The position numbers and the translations under genes are program-made. DNA of 64,000 bases from Paraphysomonas bandaiensis (lineage: Eukaryota; Protista; Chrysophyceae): assembly GCA_965644295.1 (NCBI GenBank), contig CBFFRP010000281.1:124001-188000 (forward strand), read 5' to 3'. Of the stretch, positions 13,821-27,816 are shown in pieces (position 1 is the stretch's first letter; each line of letters begins with the position of its first letter). Under the pieces are notes generated by a model. The model searched no databases. It was not told the DNA's origin and saw nothing but the letters and a program-made list of their open reading frames with translations.

Positions 13821-14762
13821 ATGAGAGTGGCCAGTTTTTTGAACGTGAGAGTGACGAGAACTCCGAATTGTCTCAAACTTGACCAGACAGTGTTCATCAA
13901 AAAGATATTGGTGAAGTATGTGGATTTTCTGGGTGCAAGGGACAAGACGCGGCTATACCCACTACCTAGTGATGTCAAAGTGGGAGTGGAACATGTGCAT
14001 TCAGCTGAGGAGCAGAAGTTAGTTGATAATTTTCGCTATCGTCCACTCCTAGGAGCGTTACTCTATTTATCTATGAATACAAGGCCGGATATCTCATATG
14101 CAGTGGGAGTATTGTCACGATTCTCAACGAAAGTTAATATCACTGTATGTAAGCTCCTGATGTATTTAATGCAGTATGTACGAGGTACTACAGATAAAGG
14201 CATTCATTATAGAGGGAGAGATTTTGATCTTCATATGTTCACTGATGCTGACTGGGCAGGCGATCCGTTGACGAGTAGATCAACTTCAGGTTATGTTATG
14301 TTTGGAGCTGGTGGACCACTATCGTGGGGTTCCAAACTTCAGTCTACTGTAGCTACATCGACTATGCAAGCAGAGTATCAATGCTTATATAATGGATTAC
14401 AGGAAATGATATGGTCTCGGGGGGTGACTGGTGAAGTAGGATTGAAAATTGACGAGCCCACACCATTATTCCTGGATAGTCAAAGTGCTCAGGATATATC
14501 GGAAAATCCAGTGCAACATCAACGATCGAAACATATTGAGATTAAGTATCATATGATTAGAGAGCATGTGGATCCCGAACAGTTTAATACAGCGAAATTA
14601 ATTCATGTGAGCAGTCGACAACAGATGGCTGATATATATACCAAGGCTTTGAGAGGTCCAATATTCATTGAACAGAGGGAGCGAAATCTTGGGGAAAAAT
14701 TTAAGACTACTGAACAAATTATCGCAGAGGTACCCAAGGTAAAGAGAGCTCGTCGTACCTAG
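13821..14762 (+). pseudogene. Copia RT C-terminus and RNase H fragment
   Basis: YRPLLGALLYLSMNTRPDISYAV, FTDADWAGD, QAEY, DSQSA, SKHIEIKYH and MADIYTKAL. Upstream pol is frameshifted. Confidence 0.93.
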
Positions 14763-14906
14763 TTAGGTGTTACTGAATGGTGGGAGCTAGCTATACCAGC
14801 GGAGTCATACGTCCACCAGTGTCCTATGAGGTTCGGTGGTTGCGTATCCGATAGCAATGTTCTTCACATATTTTAGAATGGTTAACTACATCCAATTGAG
14901 TGGGAG

Positions 14907-15250
14907 TGTTGAGTTCTGCAATATGATGTGATATATATTGTGCAATTGAAGTGAGTTAACAGTGTGCAATAGGTAAAGTCAACTCATAGGTGTAACGGGT
15001 GATTATAGTTACAAAGGAATTAAATTCAGTTACTGATGTGTGACTATACAAGATATAGAACTGACTGATGAACATATGATAAACAGGTGTTGCTGGGAAC
15101 AGATGTTTCAACATATGTTACACGAATATGTAGTGAAGTGTTCAGAATAATAATTATAATTTCTTACTTGAAAGTGCATTGTGTTCAACAGCAAGGTTAC
15201 GGTTTACGCGTAGAGCAAAGTTAACTTCAGTGAAATGTCCTATGTTAACA
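14907..15250 (+). repeat. 3' LTR
   Basis: Identical by eye to 11076-11419; followed by TSD CAATC. Confidence 0.97.
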
Positions 15251-15660
15251 CAATCAAACTAACTATTGCACTATATTTTTTCTACCCCTGACATTAGCGT
15301 ATAGACGTATAGTGTATAGTCACATGTATTTAATGCTACTAGTATAGCAAGGAAGAGAGAGTATTGTGAATGGAGACGTTGCAGAGTATTGCATTTCCTA
15401 TTTAACTTTATTATGTTAATGAAATTGAGGACCTCTGCCGTATAACCAAGCCAAATATTAAAGTATATTTATTATGATGTATATTATTAGCATATTTCTT
15501 TTGTATTGGACGGAATGTGCAAATACGATCAGGAGAACGATAACAGGGAAAGATCCATAACAGGAACACAGTCGTCACCACTATGTACACTGTATTCCAC
15601 TTGTCCACTTCATTATCTTCTCTGCTAGAATATCGATTTGTAAATCTTTACGAATAGCTA

Positions 15661-17997
15661 TTAGTATTTATTAGCCAAGGATATAGCATCGCCGTGAGTA
15701 GGACTGCCTATTTCCGGTATGATGCCATCAGATATGATGAGAATGTCAGCGAACCACGAATGATGTAGACATTGCTTCGCAGAAGGTCTTGCACCTTCGT
15801 CAGCAGTTAGCAGAGAAGCGAGGAGATCTTTACAAGGCTGGCTAATCTTACGCCACGCTGGACCATTGAATTTCGCATCTCTCTCCAGACAAGCGGTTGG
15901 GGGTACAAAGGGTAGATTGCCTGAAAGACACTTATAAAGTACAGTACCAATTGCCCACAGGTCCGCCGCGAGGCCATAAGGCTTATGTGCCATAATCTCT
16001 GGTGCCAAGTAACCTTCCGTGCCTCCAGGAGTGTAGGGAGCCTTCCGTACGTCTCCAGTGTGTTTGAAATGCTTCACATCCGGGATCTTCTGGCTAAGCC
16101 CGAAATCACACACACGAACCAGCATCCCATACGGGCACTTGTATCTTATATGGCCTTGGTACCTCTCATCCACCTCTATGCTTCTCCCACTCTCCGACCT
16201 TCCTCTCCCTCCCTTGTGTGTACCCGACTGTTCCTGCGTCTGCTGATCACCGGACTCGCTGTCTCGATCAACAAGCGCAGCTTCTTCAGAAGAAGAAGAA
16301 GAAGAAGGTGTCAGAGCTGGGTTACGTGGTTTCTTGCGCCTACGCAGGTGGTTCCGATGAGCAGCTGATGCGAAGCCCTGTGCTCCTCCGCCCATTGACG
16401 CCTCAAGATTACCAGAAGATCCCCTCCTGGCTTTCACAGGTGCACCACCTACACTTTGGATGTCCGTTCCATGTACTAAGCGCTCTCTCAGGTACGCTTG
16501 CTTCGCTTCGGACACTATCCCGCTCTTACCATTTCTTGCGTCCTCCTCTGCCCGTCCTTCGCTGCGCATAACAGCATCATAATCCACTACTGGTGCCTGG
16601 TTGAGGGATATGGTAAGAGTGCCCTCCCGCTTCTTCTTCTCAAACAGTAGGTCTACCCTGTTCCATGCTGCATCACTTGCCTCCAGCGCCGCAGCAGTAG
16701 GAGGAGTAAACATTATATTTCCCGGTTTAAGATCTCCATGGAGCACACCGTTTTCATGAATGTACGCCAATCCGGAAAGCAGTTGGTAGGCAATGAATCG
16801 TGTCTCTTCCTCATCCAATCGCCGCCGCAGTTGTAGCATCTGCTCTAGAGTACCACCAGGACAATAGTCTAATACCATATAAACACTCTCCGAAGATTCG
16901 TACACATCTCTCACTGCGACGACGTTGTGGTGCCACAGTCGTGATTGATGATCGATTTCTCGCTGAAATCTGGCTTCCTCTTCAGGTGATCCTCCTTTGC
17001 TCTTGCTGATCACTTTAACAGCCACGTAAGTCCCCGTTTCTTTGCAGGTAGCCAGAATTACAACAGCATATGATCCTTCACCCAAAATTTTGTCAGGATG
17101 CAACTCGTACTTATCAGTAAGCACTTGGCGGACAGCGGAGCGAGTAGATCCATTGCCATTGACATAGGCGAATCCCTTCGCACCTTCTTCACCATGCACC
17201 TGCCAAGAACCCTTGGGTTCAGTGAGGTGGAGAGGTTCAGCAGGCTCACTATGAGGTGGTAGAGGGGGAGAAATCCTTTTTCGTCGAGGAGGCGATTTAT
17301 CTCTTTTATCAGAATTATCAGGTTGCCAATGGCGCGTCTTGATTCCTCCCACATGTTTGGCCTTAGCACGTTTAAATTTCTTGATCCTAGATGTAGGAGA
17401 GATCGGAGTCGGGTCTGAGTCACGGTGCACTTGTCCATTTAATTTCCCGTACTTGCGGAGGTTTAACATTCGCTCACTGAGGGCAGTATCTAGGGGGTCC
17501 AACCCTTCCTTTTCGTCGTTCAGTGGAGCGCTGCTACTGCTGATTGCACTAGTGTCACTTGAACACCTTAAAAAAGTGCGTCGCCCAATAATAGAAGAGT
17601 CATCAAATGATCGAGTTTTACCAAATGTAACACGACCATCAACTAATCCATTATATTTTTGCTCTATTTCTCTGTAATAATCATCTGATTCATCAAAACT
17701 ATTAAGTTCAGTATCATTTACACCAGGGGATGATACACGATATTTTCCCAAACCATGAAGATCACTATATTTTCCAGGTGCAAAATGAAAATTTCCTGTA
17801 TATGGATGTAATTTAATTCTTCGTCTTCTTTCAATTTCTTCCATTGAGATCACATTATCAGCAAAAAATAAATTTAAATTACGTGATTGTGTGGGTGAAT
17901 AATGAAAAAATCCAACATATGGACAATGTTTATTAAGTATACCATATACTTGTGGTTGATTTGGTAGAGTAGATTGAATATATCCTTCTAATGTCAT
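15661..17997 (-). CDS. CAMK-like Ser/Thr protein kinase with a large insert in the kinase domain
   Basis: Motifs LGEGSYAVV, VAVK, HGDLKPGN, CDFG, GTEGYLAPE and DLWAIG. Confidence 0.92.
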   Translation of the reverse strand: MTLEGYIQSTLPNQPQVYGILNKHCPYVGFFHYSPTQSRNLNLFFADNVISMEEIERRRRIKLHPYTGNFHFAPGKYSDLHGLGKYRVSSPGVNDTELNSFDESDDYYREIEQKYNGLVDGRVTFGKTRSFDDSSIIGRRTFLRCSSDTSAISSSSAPLNDEKEGLDPLDTALSERMLNLRKYGKLNGQVHRDSDPTPISPTSRIKKFKRAKAKHVGGIKTRHWQPDNSDKRDKSPPRRKRISPPLPPHSEPAEPLHLTEPKGSWQVHGEEGAKGFAYVNGNGSTRSAVRQVLTDKYELHPDKILGEGSYAVVILATCKETGTYVAVKVISKSKGGSPEEEARFQREIDHQSRLWHHNVVAVRDVYESSESVYMVLDYCPGGTLEQMLQLRRRLDEEETRFIAYQLLSGLAYIHENGVLHGDLKPGNIMFTPPTAAALEASDAAWNRVDLLFEKKKREGTLTISLNQAPVVDYDAVMRSEGRAEEDARNGKSGIVSEAKQAYLRERLVHGTDIQSVGGAPVKARRGSSGNLEASMGGGAQGFASAAHRNHLRRRKKPRNPALTPSSSSSSEEAALVDRDSESGDQQTQEQSGTHKGGRGRSESGRSIEVDERYQGHIRYKCPYGMLVRVCDFGLSQKIPDVKHFKHTGDVRKAPYTPGGTEGYLAPEIMAHKPYGLAADLWAIGTVLYKCLSGNLPFVPPTACLERDAKFNGPAWRKISQPCKDLLASLLTADEGARPSAKQCLHHSWFADILIISDGIIPEIGSPTHGDAISLANKY

Positions 17998-19389
17998 AGT
18001 TATCTTATAGTTTTGTTGTTTTGTTTTTTGTTATATTTTGTATTATTGTTTTATTATGGTTTTATAAAATATATATGTATATATTTCTTCTAGTTGAGAA
18101 CTAGATGATAGATATGATAGTAGTGTCATACACATCAATATGTATGTATGTATGTGTATGTATGTATGTATCTGTTGTGATTAATACATTAATGTATATG
18201 AATTCGTATGATAGGAATGAATTATGAATTGAATGATATGATATGCAATTTAATTGCAACAGAGTTAGTATGAGATGGTGTATGTATATATATATATATG
18301 TGTGTGTATATGAATCTATCTGTAGAGTTAGAGTGTGAATCTTCTCTATGTATATACACATACATACATACATACATACATGTACATACACATACATACT
18401 TACACACACACTGCTGTACATACTCTATACCTGCCCATCCCCCACACCCTACTCTATACATATAGCGTATAGATGGAATCTTTTGGTTGTAACAGCAAAG
18501 ATGAAATTTTTACATCAAATATTTTATATTTTTATATTCCAATATATAGAAAAACTGTAAAAAAAAATAAAATTAGTGGCAAATATTACAGATTTTTATT
18601 AAAAATAGTAAAGATTCATTTTTATGAAATGGGACAAACAAGATAGTTGAGTGAAAGATATGAATTGAAGTTCTAGGAATTCCTATTCATCTACAGTACC
18701 AGCAGCAGTGTATACAGTACGTTGTGATATCCAATATCCATAATATTTTAACAAGTAAGCTAAAAAACTGTGCCTTTCTTAAATATTGCTACCAAAAAGT
18801 AGTATATTTATCAATAAAACCCTTATTTTCTTGTAAATTGATATTATGCTATAATGTACGGTGTATGTACACTCGTATATCTACAGTCTACATGTGCAGT
18901 ATAGATACCATTATGATACTACGAGTGATGACATTTAATGGACTATTTCGTGTTAAAATCACAGTATTTTGATTACTGAAATGAAAAAGTTATGGAATTA
19001 AACATAAAAGACACTTTTTCATGATTTTTTTCATGATTTTTGGCCTTTCTATCACACATACTACGAATACTGTATGTGTGTGTATGTATATATGTGTGTA
19101 TGTGTGTGTATGTATGTGTGTGTATGTATGTGTGTGTATGTATGTGTGTGTATGTATGATATTGACTCCCACTATTTCACATTAACAGACCATCATATTC
19201 ATAAGATCATCCATCACATCCATCACATACATATATATCATATTCGGTCATTTAAAAAGTTATTCATATATCACTCTATTTCTATACATAACTTCTTAAA
19301 TAATCGAATAGTTTACCACATCATTCTATACATACATACATACATACATACACATACATACATCATTAACTAGTTCAAACTACTGAGAT

Positions 19390-22300
19390 ATGTCACATAG
19401 TAACCATACACGATTATCTCTATATATTACTTGTAATAAAATAGCACAATATTATTTTAATAATCCATTAATACAATTTTCTGTGGCTATAATTACTGTA
19501 TTAGGAGTGATCAGCTGTATGGGCAGTATATAGATATGTATGTATATGAACTAACACTCTTGCAGATATATTTGGTACATATATATTAACAAAAGATGCT
19601 AATTCATCATATAAAATAGCATTTGAGGTGATGATATGTATATACTACTGTGTATATATGAAATATATATGTAATTGTAGACATGGATGCTTGTGGTGTT
19701 CTTTGTCTTTATCACAGACACACTATGCAGTATAATAACAGCCATCTCAAAGGTTGGTATATGTATTGCTAGTAACACATTATATTGATTGCATATTAGA
19801 TTGGATATATATGCAGCCTCGAGGGTGTTGCTGATGCTGTATCTGTGGTACCTTACATTGGATACCTTTTCCTCGAAGTACACTCCGCGTGGCTTCTGGG
19901 GTTCTTGTGGTGCTTTCGTACTACATATACGTTGCCGTCGTAAAATAAAAGTGCTTGTAGGAGTCTTCGCCTTCTTAAGATAATGAGAATTATCAGATCC
20001 CACCCGAGAACTTTTCCCTACTTCAATGACATGGTGATATACGAGGTTAAGTAGTTCGTGCACATATATGTGGAATACATAATCATCCGACGAGTAGATA
20101 TTTAACCTGGCAATAAGTATCTTGGTTCTTCTGTTAGTTGCTACTGGAAGCGTGTTATGCGTATCTCATTTCTGGAGTGACGAGTTCTATACAAGTAGTA
20201 TCGGCAATAGTGGGGAGTTGACGTGGCACGAGAGCTTCTACTTCGTCGTGGTCACTACAACCACTGTAGGTTACGGAGACATTTATCCAGGTTTGATGGA
20301 GCTCTAAAATGAAATACAATGTAACTCTTCAGCAGTGACTACTCTTTCGCGAATGCTCATGGTTCTGGTTATAATCGTAGCATTTAGCGTCGTACCTAGT
20401 CTTCTGGGGTCCCTGATACAGACTGTATATTCACGCCCGCGGTACTCCGGACGGCTTCGAATACCGCCGGGTTACAGACATGTTTGTATATGCGGCATCG
20501 TTTCTTCTGCGATGCTTCAAAGGGTTCTTCTTGAAATTTCTCTTGGGGAAAAGGATAATTTAGAGAGCTCTTGTCTTTCTCCTGTGCTAGTTGTCATTCT
20601 CTGTCCTGTTTCACCAAACACGAGGATCCAACAACTGCTGCGCTCTCAGGTGCATTCGAGACACATAAAATTTTTAGTCGGATCAAGCCGCGTAACTAGT
20701 GATTTGGAGAGGGTGCGACTGCATGAGGCTATGGCTGTGATCGTCATAGGTTGTGTTGTAGAAGTACATTATACTATACTACACCTTAAGTGATGAGTAG
20801 GTGAAGAGAAAACGAGTTCCATGAGAGTGGAGGAAGATTCGATATTCCTAAGTGCAATGTCAGTTGCGATACACATCGACAGTAAAGCGGGTAGGCTTAT
20901 CCGTAGACCACGACTCATTACTATGCTCACACATACGGCGAAGCTAAAGAAGGTCCTTCATGGGGCTGGGATTGACGTAGTTCTTTCACTTCAAGAGTTC
21001 AAATATAACTTACTCGGGTACGATATATATATGAGTTTGGCATTATAAATGCGCATGCTATAGAGTACCTATATTCAGTGACACTATTTATCAGGGCTTC
21101 GGCTGCGCTACCGGGTTTAATGGCGATATTTATGAAGCTAAACCGCCCAAGATTTCAACCACAACCCCACGTGGATGATCTACCGAATCCGGACAGTATG
21201 TTATAATGAATTTAAAATGCGCAGCTGATGTATATCTGGCAGGTGGAGGAGTGAGCAGTGTTTATCAGATTGATATTAGCGGGTGTTGCGAAGTGGATGA
21301 TATATTCGGTGAGATGTCTTGGGACAGACGTTACTTCTATGACGTGCTCGAGTTGTGTGGCCAAATAGATTTTAGTTCTTTGGCTCTTTGGTTATTTCGG
21401 TTTTCCATGGGGGAAGTGGTTTTGATCGGCGTTATTGCTGCGATATCGGGCCTGGGGCAACATACAAGGGCAGTATTTCTCAATCCGGGGGCAAATCTTC
21501 TGTTATCCTCCTGTGAGTCTCTTTTCATAATTGCGCCCTCGCGGTCCATTGCCATCTATGTATTGCTACAGGTTTGCCAGTTGTATCTATCGGGGGAATC
21601 ACACCCTATATTCTTTCCTGGGGGAAATTGTGTGCACTATGAAGAGAAGGAAAATAATCACGACGATGAAACCATTTTCTATAATGTAGCTTATAGTGGT
21701 GACAACTCAGAGATTAAGGAGGAACGCAAAAGTGAGTACATCGTGTAAAAAGTCTACTCTTTATTGTTCTTTTCTAGATTCCGGCAGTGAATCTTCAAAG
21801 ACCAACAGCAGCCTTCCCACTGTAGAAGAAGAGGTTCCCTTGAGGATCCCCTCACCCCGCATTAAGGTATCGCCTCCCAGTTCTGATGAGACAGTTGAGG
21901 AAAGGCCTCCAGAGCATGACACAATATCACCTGTTGTCCCACTTTCACGTTCTGATGAAGAAGTGACGCAGCACCAGGAAGTGCAGAAGTGTCGGGCTGG
22001 TCATCAAAGTAAACATCGTGTAACGCGGAGTAGACGCTGGCTCTCTGAGAGTGGAGACGGAACCTTTCAGCTACTAAGAAAGAAACCATCCAGACCATGG
22101 TTTATCACTCCTGCATCCCGTTCGACACCTGGCACCAAACTGACACGATATCCGTCCACCGCTGTGCGACTTAAGAAACTGTGTCCTTTTATCCGATTAG
22201 AAGGCACTGAGGGATCGGGATACTCGTCATCGTCTTCAAGTCAAGGACCTACTTATGCACAAAAACTTCGCAGTTCTGATTTGAGCAACCACCTTGTGCT

Positions 22301-23594
22301 GGTACTGTCTTCTAGTGGACAAAAAGATGTGATATCAGCACATAACCTGATGATGCCAGTGGTATACTTTTTACGCTCGTATAGAGCCTATAGAATACCG
22401 GATGATGTGATCATTTTATCAGAACGAGCAGATGAATTAAGTTCTCTCTCAGGTGATATATCGCTCTCTCATCCCGGACTATTGGATGGTGTATCCTTTT
22501 ATGTTGGATTTCCAAGGAATATTGATCACCTACGACTTTGTAGTGTGAATTCTGCTCGTGCAGTAGTCATTTTACATCATCCTACGCCATCCACTCTTTA
22601 CGTGGAAGGAGATGATGATCCCGCTATGTCAGCCCCCTCCAGACTCAATGCTGATAGACACACAATTATAGTGAGTCTTAATCTTCATTTTATACTGGAA
22701 GGAAGGGATAGACCCACAAGTGACCACTCAGTACCCTGCAGCAGCCGTACCTTCACATTAGTGGAAGTTAGACATGAGTCTAACACTTCTTATCTACGAC
22801 GTAGTTATAGCACTATCCTGACTCCCGCATGGCGCGGATTAGAAACTTCTCTGTCTCCTACTTTAGGTCATTGTAGAGAAGGAGAGTCTCTTCCCTCTGC
22901 TCACGCTGAGACATTTTGCAACTGGAATCTTGTGTCTGCGGGTAGTGTTCTTAGCCAACCAGTGTTTGAGTCTCTCCTATTTCAGACTGTACTGAATCCC
23001 GACATTGTGCAGCTATGGGAGACATTGCTCGCATCTCATCAGAGCGGTAGCAGTGAATCATCTTCCCTTCGACGGGACGCTTTACGTGAGGATTTAAGTA
23101 AGGAAAATGTAGTTTGTGTAGATGCTCATAGACGAACTAGCAGCGGAGCTAGCATTCGATCTTCGCACCTTTCTGGTGGATTCTCAGGCACACTGTCCAG
23201 TAAGTTCATGAGACGTTTAAAAACTAATACAGAGAGACAATTAACGGCACCAGCTTTTCCCGCCCACCCTTCATCGGATCGAAAGTGCATCGATCGCATT
23301 CGCTGCCCACCTCGATTTGTTGGTAAGCCTTACTTGCGATTGTTTGAAGCAGCTTTGTTGGATATGGGATGCTTACCTTTTGCGGTATGTCGATGGCTTG
23401 GAGGCTCTGGTATGACTGTGCCCTCAACTTCTCCGATTGTTGACACTTCTGGGGCACCAGATGTATCTATTAGCTCGAAGACGGAGTCGCAGCTGTTACC
23501 GTATGTCCATATTACGCCAGATGCAGAGTTTGTGCTCCAATCTACTGATTTCGTATTTATTGTTCGCACTAGTACTGATACTTCATCGGTATGA
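19390..23594 (+). CDS. BK/Slo-like K+ channel with RCK domains (multi-exon; exon borders approximate)
   Basis: S4-like SLRLLKIMRIIR, pore ESFYFVVVTTTTVGYGDIYP, RCK1 start HVCICG, RCK2 start NHLVLV. Confidence 0.85.
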
Positions 23595-24447
23595 AGTATT
23601 GATGACACAAGTAGAGTACGTAATCTACGTCCACTGTTTTTCGTAAAAATGCGATTTGCACGCACCTAATTATAAAGATCTTACGCTCAATTGCGATATC
23701 ACTATATATATAGCGGCTACCAAATTCAGAATCGACGGATTCATCAGCAACAGTCAGAACCGTATTATTAACGATTATTACATTGTCACCCAAAAGCATT
23801 ACCTTTACAATCCGGAAGAATCAAACATGTAGTATTTCATGGAATGCATTTAATTTAGAAATTAGGGTATTAAAATTTTAGAGCTAGTAGCTCTCGAGTA
23901 ATTATTTCAAAATAACCATTAATTGTCACATTGAAGCCTCCACTATTTATCATTTAAATTTACCTCCACACTACTTTAGCGTATTAGAATATGGATCTTA
24001 TTCTAGTATATTCAGTATGTCACTTGAAGACTATGTACAAGAATACAGTGAAATATAGTGATGTACAAATGCTATGATGATATTGAAAAACTGAAATAGT
24101 ATGATCTTTCAAGATATGTTCAGTAACGAGAGGTTCGCATATGTTGGATATTACAACTTCGTGTAAACGATATTAATTAATCTGTCTAGTCTTACGACAA
24201 TTTCTCTCTGTGATCTAGCTTAAAATTAACAATTTCCAACATAGCGTACTGAGTCTACTATAAATTAAAAAATATATATATAATATGCATATAACTAGTA
24301 TTATATTATAATTCATAACGTTCTAAAGGGTCTATTGCTATACCACTTCCAAAGCAAACTTTCATTCACGCCACATATATAGGAAAGTCTGATTATTACA
24401 TGAGAACGGTTGTGTACAGAAACTTTACGCCACACATGTATAGGATA

Positions 24448-26070
24448 TCATACTCCCCTCTCCATTCTTAGCCTACTTCTACTGCTATCCATATCTACAC
24501 TACAAGCATCACATTCGTCGTCGCTTGGACTTCTTGAAATCTCCTTTGCTGTATTCCTGTTTCTTTTGAAAGAATCAATGATATCTGCTTTAGTATCCAC
24601 GATTATGGAGAGATCTTCTACCACATATCCGTCTGGAGTGTGTACACCAAATGGCATATAGTACCCATATAAAAATATCGGTAACAGCCCTACAATGCTA
24701 AGCACACCATATGCTGTAGAGTAGCTGACTACATCGGCTAAGTTTTCCCCCAGAAGATTACTGAAAGCAGCTCCTAAAGATTCAATCGTTTTGATAGTTC
24801 CCACGATAACACTGAAACGCCCAGTCCCTCTTAATATATATATTACTTTAGCTGACCTGAAGTTAAAAATATTTAATACCTAGACAGGTGCTCCGCGATA
24901 AGAACAGCCACAACACCAAAAATACCTCCCGCAGCCCCGTCCAATACCTAACTCACTAAAGTCAAATCGAAAACATAGAGCACACATAGGAAGCTCGAAT
25001 GTACAGTGTAACAACATATACAGAGGTATGCCTAGAATCACTAGAGAAAATCAAACATACATATTAGCCGATTACCTGAGTGGAAATTAGTAGGTAGATA
25101 TTAGGCTCCGGTGACATGAGTAACAAGCTTAGTATCCATCCTCGTATGGGAATAAATGTAAAGGAAAGCATTAGGAGACCTTTAGTTCCAAAGAAGGTGA
25201 CGTAGTATCCTGCAAGAGCTGCAGATACAATCATGGAACATTGGGCTACCGCCACACTTATACATGCAAACTCAAATCCATGTTGAGCGTTTATGTATAA
25301 GACCTGAGCTAACAGTGGAAGCATTGAGGCATTGGAGAAATGAAAAAGCATCAGAGAGGTGTAGAAAACGATAATCTTCGGCTGAAAAAACAGTGTCAGC
25401 AAAGGCATGGGGGGTGTTGATGAAAGTCCACGAGCCACATTGAGATGTATATCCGATGGTTGGATCATTAGCATTGTGCAGCAGGTTGCAATACACATGC
25501 CTATGCATATATAAAATAGGGCCTTTCCACCTGCATATACAGAGTAAATATCTATTATCTGAGATGTAATTACATTACCATACCTTGAGCAAAATACACA
25601 ACAATAGCTGAGCTAATAGCAAAAAATGCATTTCCCGCATGAATACATGTTTCATTAATAGGTACTTGTAATAATATTCCATTAGAACCAACTATACCTA
25701 ACGTTATACTGTATATAGCTGGATAAGCTAAAGCATATCCTATACCTAACCCTATCATTGATACTATTACAATCCAATAATTTGTATTAATAATTAATAT
25801 CATACATATTATACCAATTAATATATTTGATACTATAATCATTGTACGTTTATATGTAGTTTGATCTGCTAATAATCCTATAGGAGTTTGTATAAGTAAC
25901 GATACAATACAATTAAGAAATAAGACATAGCCAATCTCATGTTCTTTCCATTCATTCATTAAAAGATAAGGTGCAATGAATATTCCTGGTCGTGCTCTAT
26001 TTAAGGTAAAGAAATTAATGAATCCTAATATATATGTGTGTATATGAGGGGTTCTATATGGAGTAGACAT
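24448..26070 (-). CDS. Major facilitator superfamily transporter (multi-exon)
   Basis: QTPIGLLADQTTYKR (motif A-like), LFHFSNASMLPL, many TM segments, short GT-AG introns. Confidence 0.85.
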
Positions 26071-26075
26071 TGTAT

Positions 26076-26201
26076 GATATGAGGGTTTATAGGAGGATAT
26101 GAGGGTTTATAGGAGGATATGAGGGTTTATAGGAGGATATGAGGGTTTATAGGAGGATATGAGGGTTTATATGACAGATATGAGGGTTTATAGGAGGATA
26201 T
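26076..26201. repeat. 20-bp minisatellite (GATATGAGGGTTTATAGGAG), about 6 copies, directly upstream of the MFS start codon
   Basis: Visible tandem units. Confidence 0.95.
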
Positions 26202-27816
26202 ATGTGTATTAGTGGATATATATGAAGTTAGTTGTGAGGTCTAATCATACGATACTTTACTATACGATACTTCAATGAACTTCACTTCACTTCACTATAC
26301 TTCACTTCACTTTAAACTTTGCTGTACTATATACTATACATTACTACCAAACACCATATGCAGCATATGGTATATATGGATCTCACACATGCATCACTTC
26401 TTCTTTAATGGCCACTTTTATGACAATGAAGTCACCTTCCAACATATGGTTCATAATAGCTAATCATAAAGCGTATAAATAGTTTGGGAGGGTTTTATTG
26501 GTTAACAGTTGTATTGGGTGTTATAGACAGACATACTCAAGATCTATATCGACTGTCTGCATCGTAGTTTTCGGGAATGTATTGAAGCAAAAATGCTATG
26601 TATTACTACAATATAACTACGGCTACAATACAGATAATTGCTGACTCAATATTGGAGGCATCTGAACAAAAAAATATAAAGGATGCCGATACTACATCAT
26701 AGCATAGTATGATATAGTGCTACATACCATATACATATATATGTGATAGATATCCTAGAAGTGCTTATTGTAGAACTCAATTATATGAGAAGTGAACCCA
26801 ACGTATGTAGTACGTATCACTTTAATACCGTTCAATGTGTCCCCGTTATTAAGCTCTATATCTGCATATAGAGTGCGTGTGTATACATAGATCTGAAGCC
26901 TTCTGCTGAACCCTTCAGCATTGTAATCCGTGTGATCAGATTTAAACTTACATGCTGTCTGACTTCTTTTCATCGAGTGTTCAGTATCTATATACTATGA
27001 TTCACTTCTTACTTTTACTGTACACAGAACACAGAGTGCTACGAAGCAAGGTTGATTAAATATGTGTAACAAAGAAATGTTCACTTGGGCAGGTGCACTA
27101 TTTTGCCATTGTTAATCATCCATCCGTAGCAATGTATATTAATTTTCATTGATTCACGTATATCTCTTAACGCGTGACTACAACAAGATAATACAATGAA
27201 ATATCAATTGACTGAATAATTCCAGACTATATAAGATATACGACTGTATAAGATAGACAAATGAGTGTGATGCTAATGCTCTATGTAAACATGTCTTGCT
27301 ATTATACTATTAGGCTTTATTCTTCATGTGGAGTTTTTATATAATCTTATAATAATACAAGGTGTATCTTTGCTTCATTAAAATCTAAGATTAGCCATAA
27401 ATCTTTTGTATATAACTAATTACTTTCTTCTTTACCACCGAACCTATGAGTCAGCATTGCAGTTTCGAGTGTTCGGACAACAGTGATACTATTATTAGAA
27501 TATGCATCGTGAAGTAGCGACGAATATAAGCTACCGGGACTAATGAATACACCACTTCTTACGTATATGGTATGCACACAAGATAGTTCAGATCCACATC
27601 CTCTAATAGATCACTGCATATATACACACCTCAAGCTCAAAAGATTCTAGTTCTTATTCCCTGTCGTTAGACTATATATATTGGCACTTCCTACACTTCT
27701 GGCGTATATATATCAAGCCCAAGAAAAGAGTGTCATGGCGAACAAGTGTTATCTTATAAGTATTACCAAGTGCCACATCACATGTAAACAAAATCCAGTA
27801 GAATAGCAAAAACTAC

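Larger units (their letters stand above)
11076..15250 (+). mobile_element. Ty1/Copia LTR retrotransposon, internally deleted and non-autonomous
   Basis: Two 344-bp LTRs (TGTT...AACA), 5-bp TSD CAATC, PBS TGGTAGCGAG at 11420 and purine tract GAGTGGGAG before the 3' LTR. Pol remnants occur in Copia order: protease VYLDSCA, integrase C-terminal WGCKAYV, RT KARLVVLG/HQLDVSNAF/LYGL, then RNase H. Confidence 0.97.

Noticed and set aside
26076-26201. Regularly spaced repeats as a possible CRISPR array
   Set aside because: Head-to-tail minisatellite with no unique spacers, in a eukaryotic context with no cas genes.
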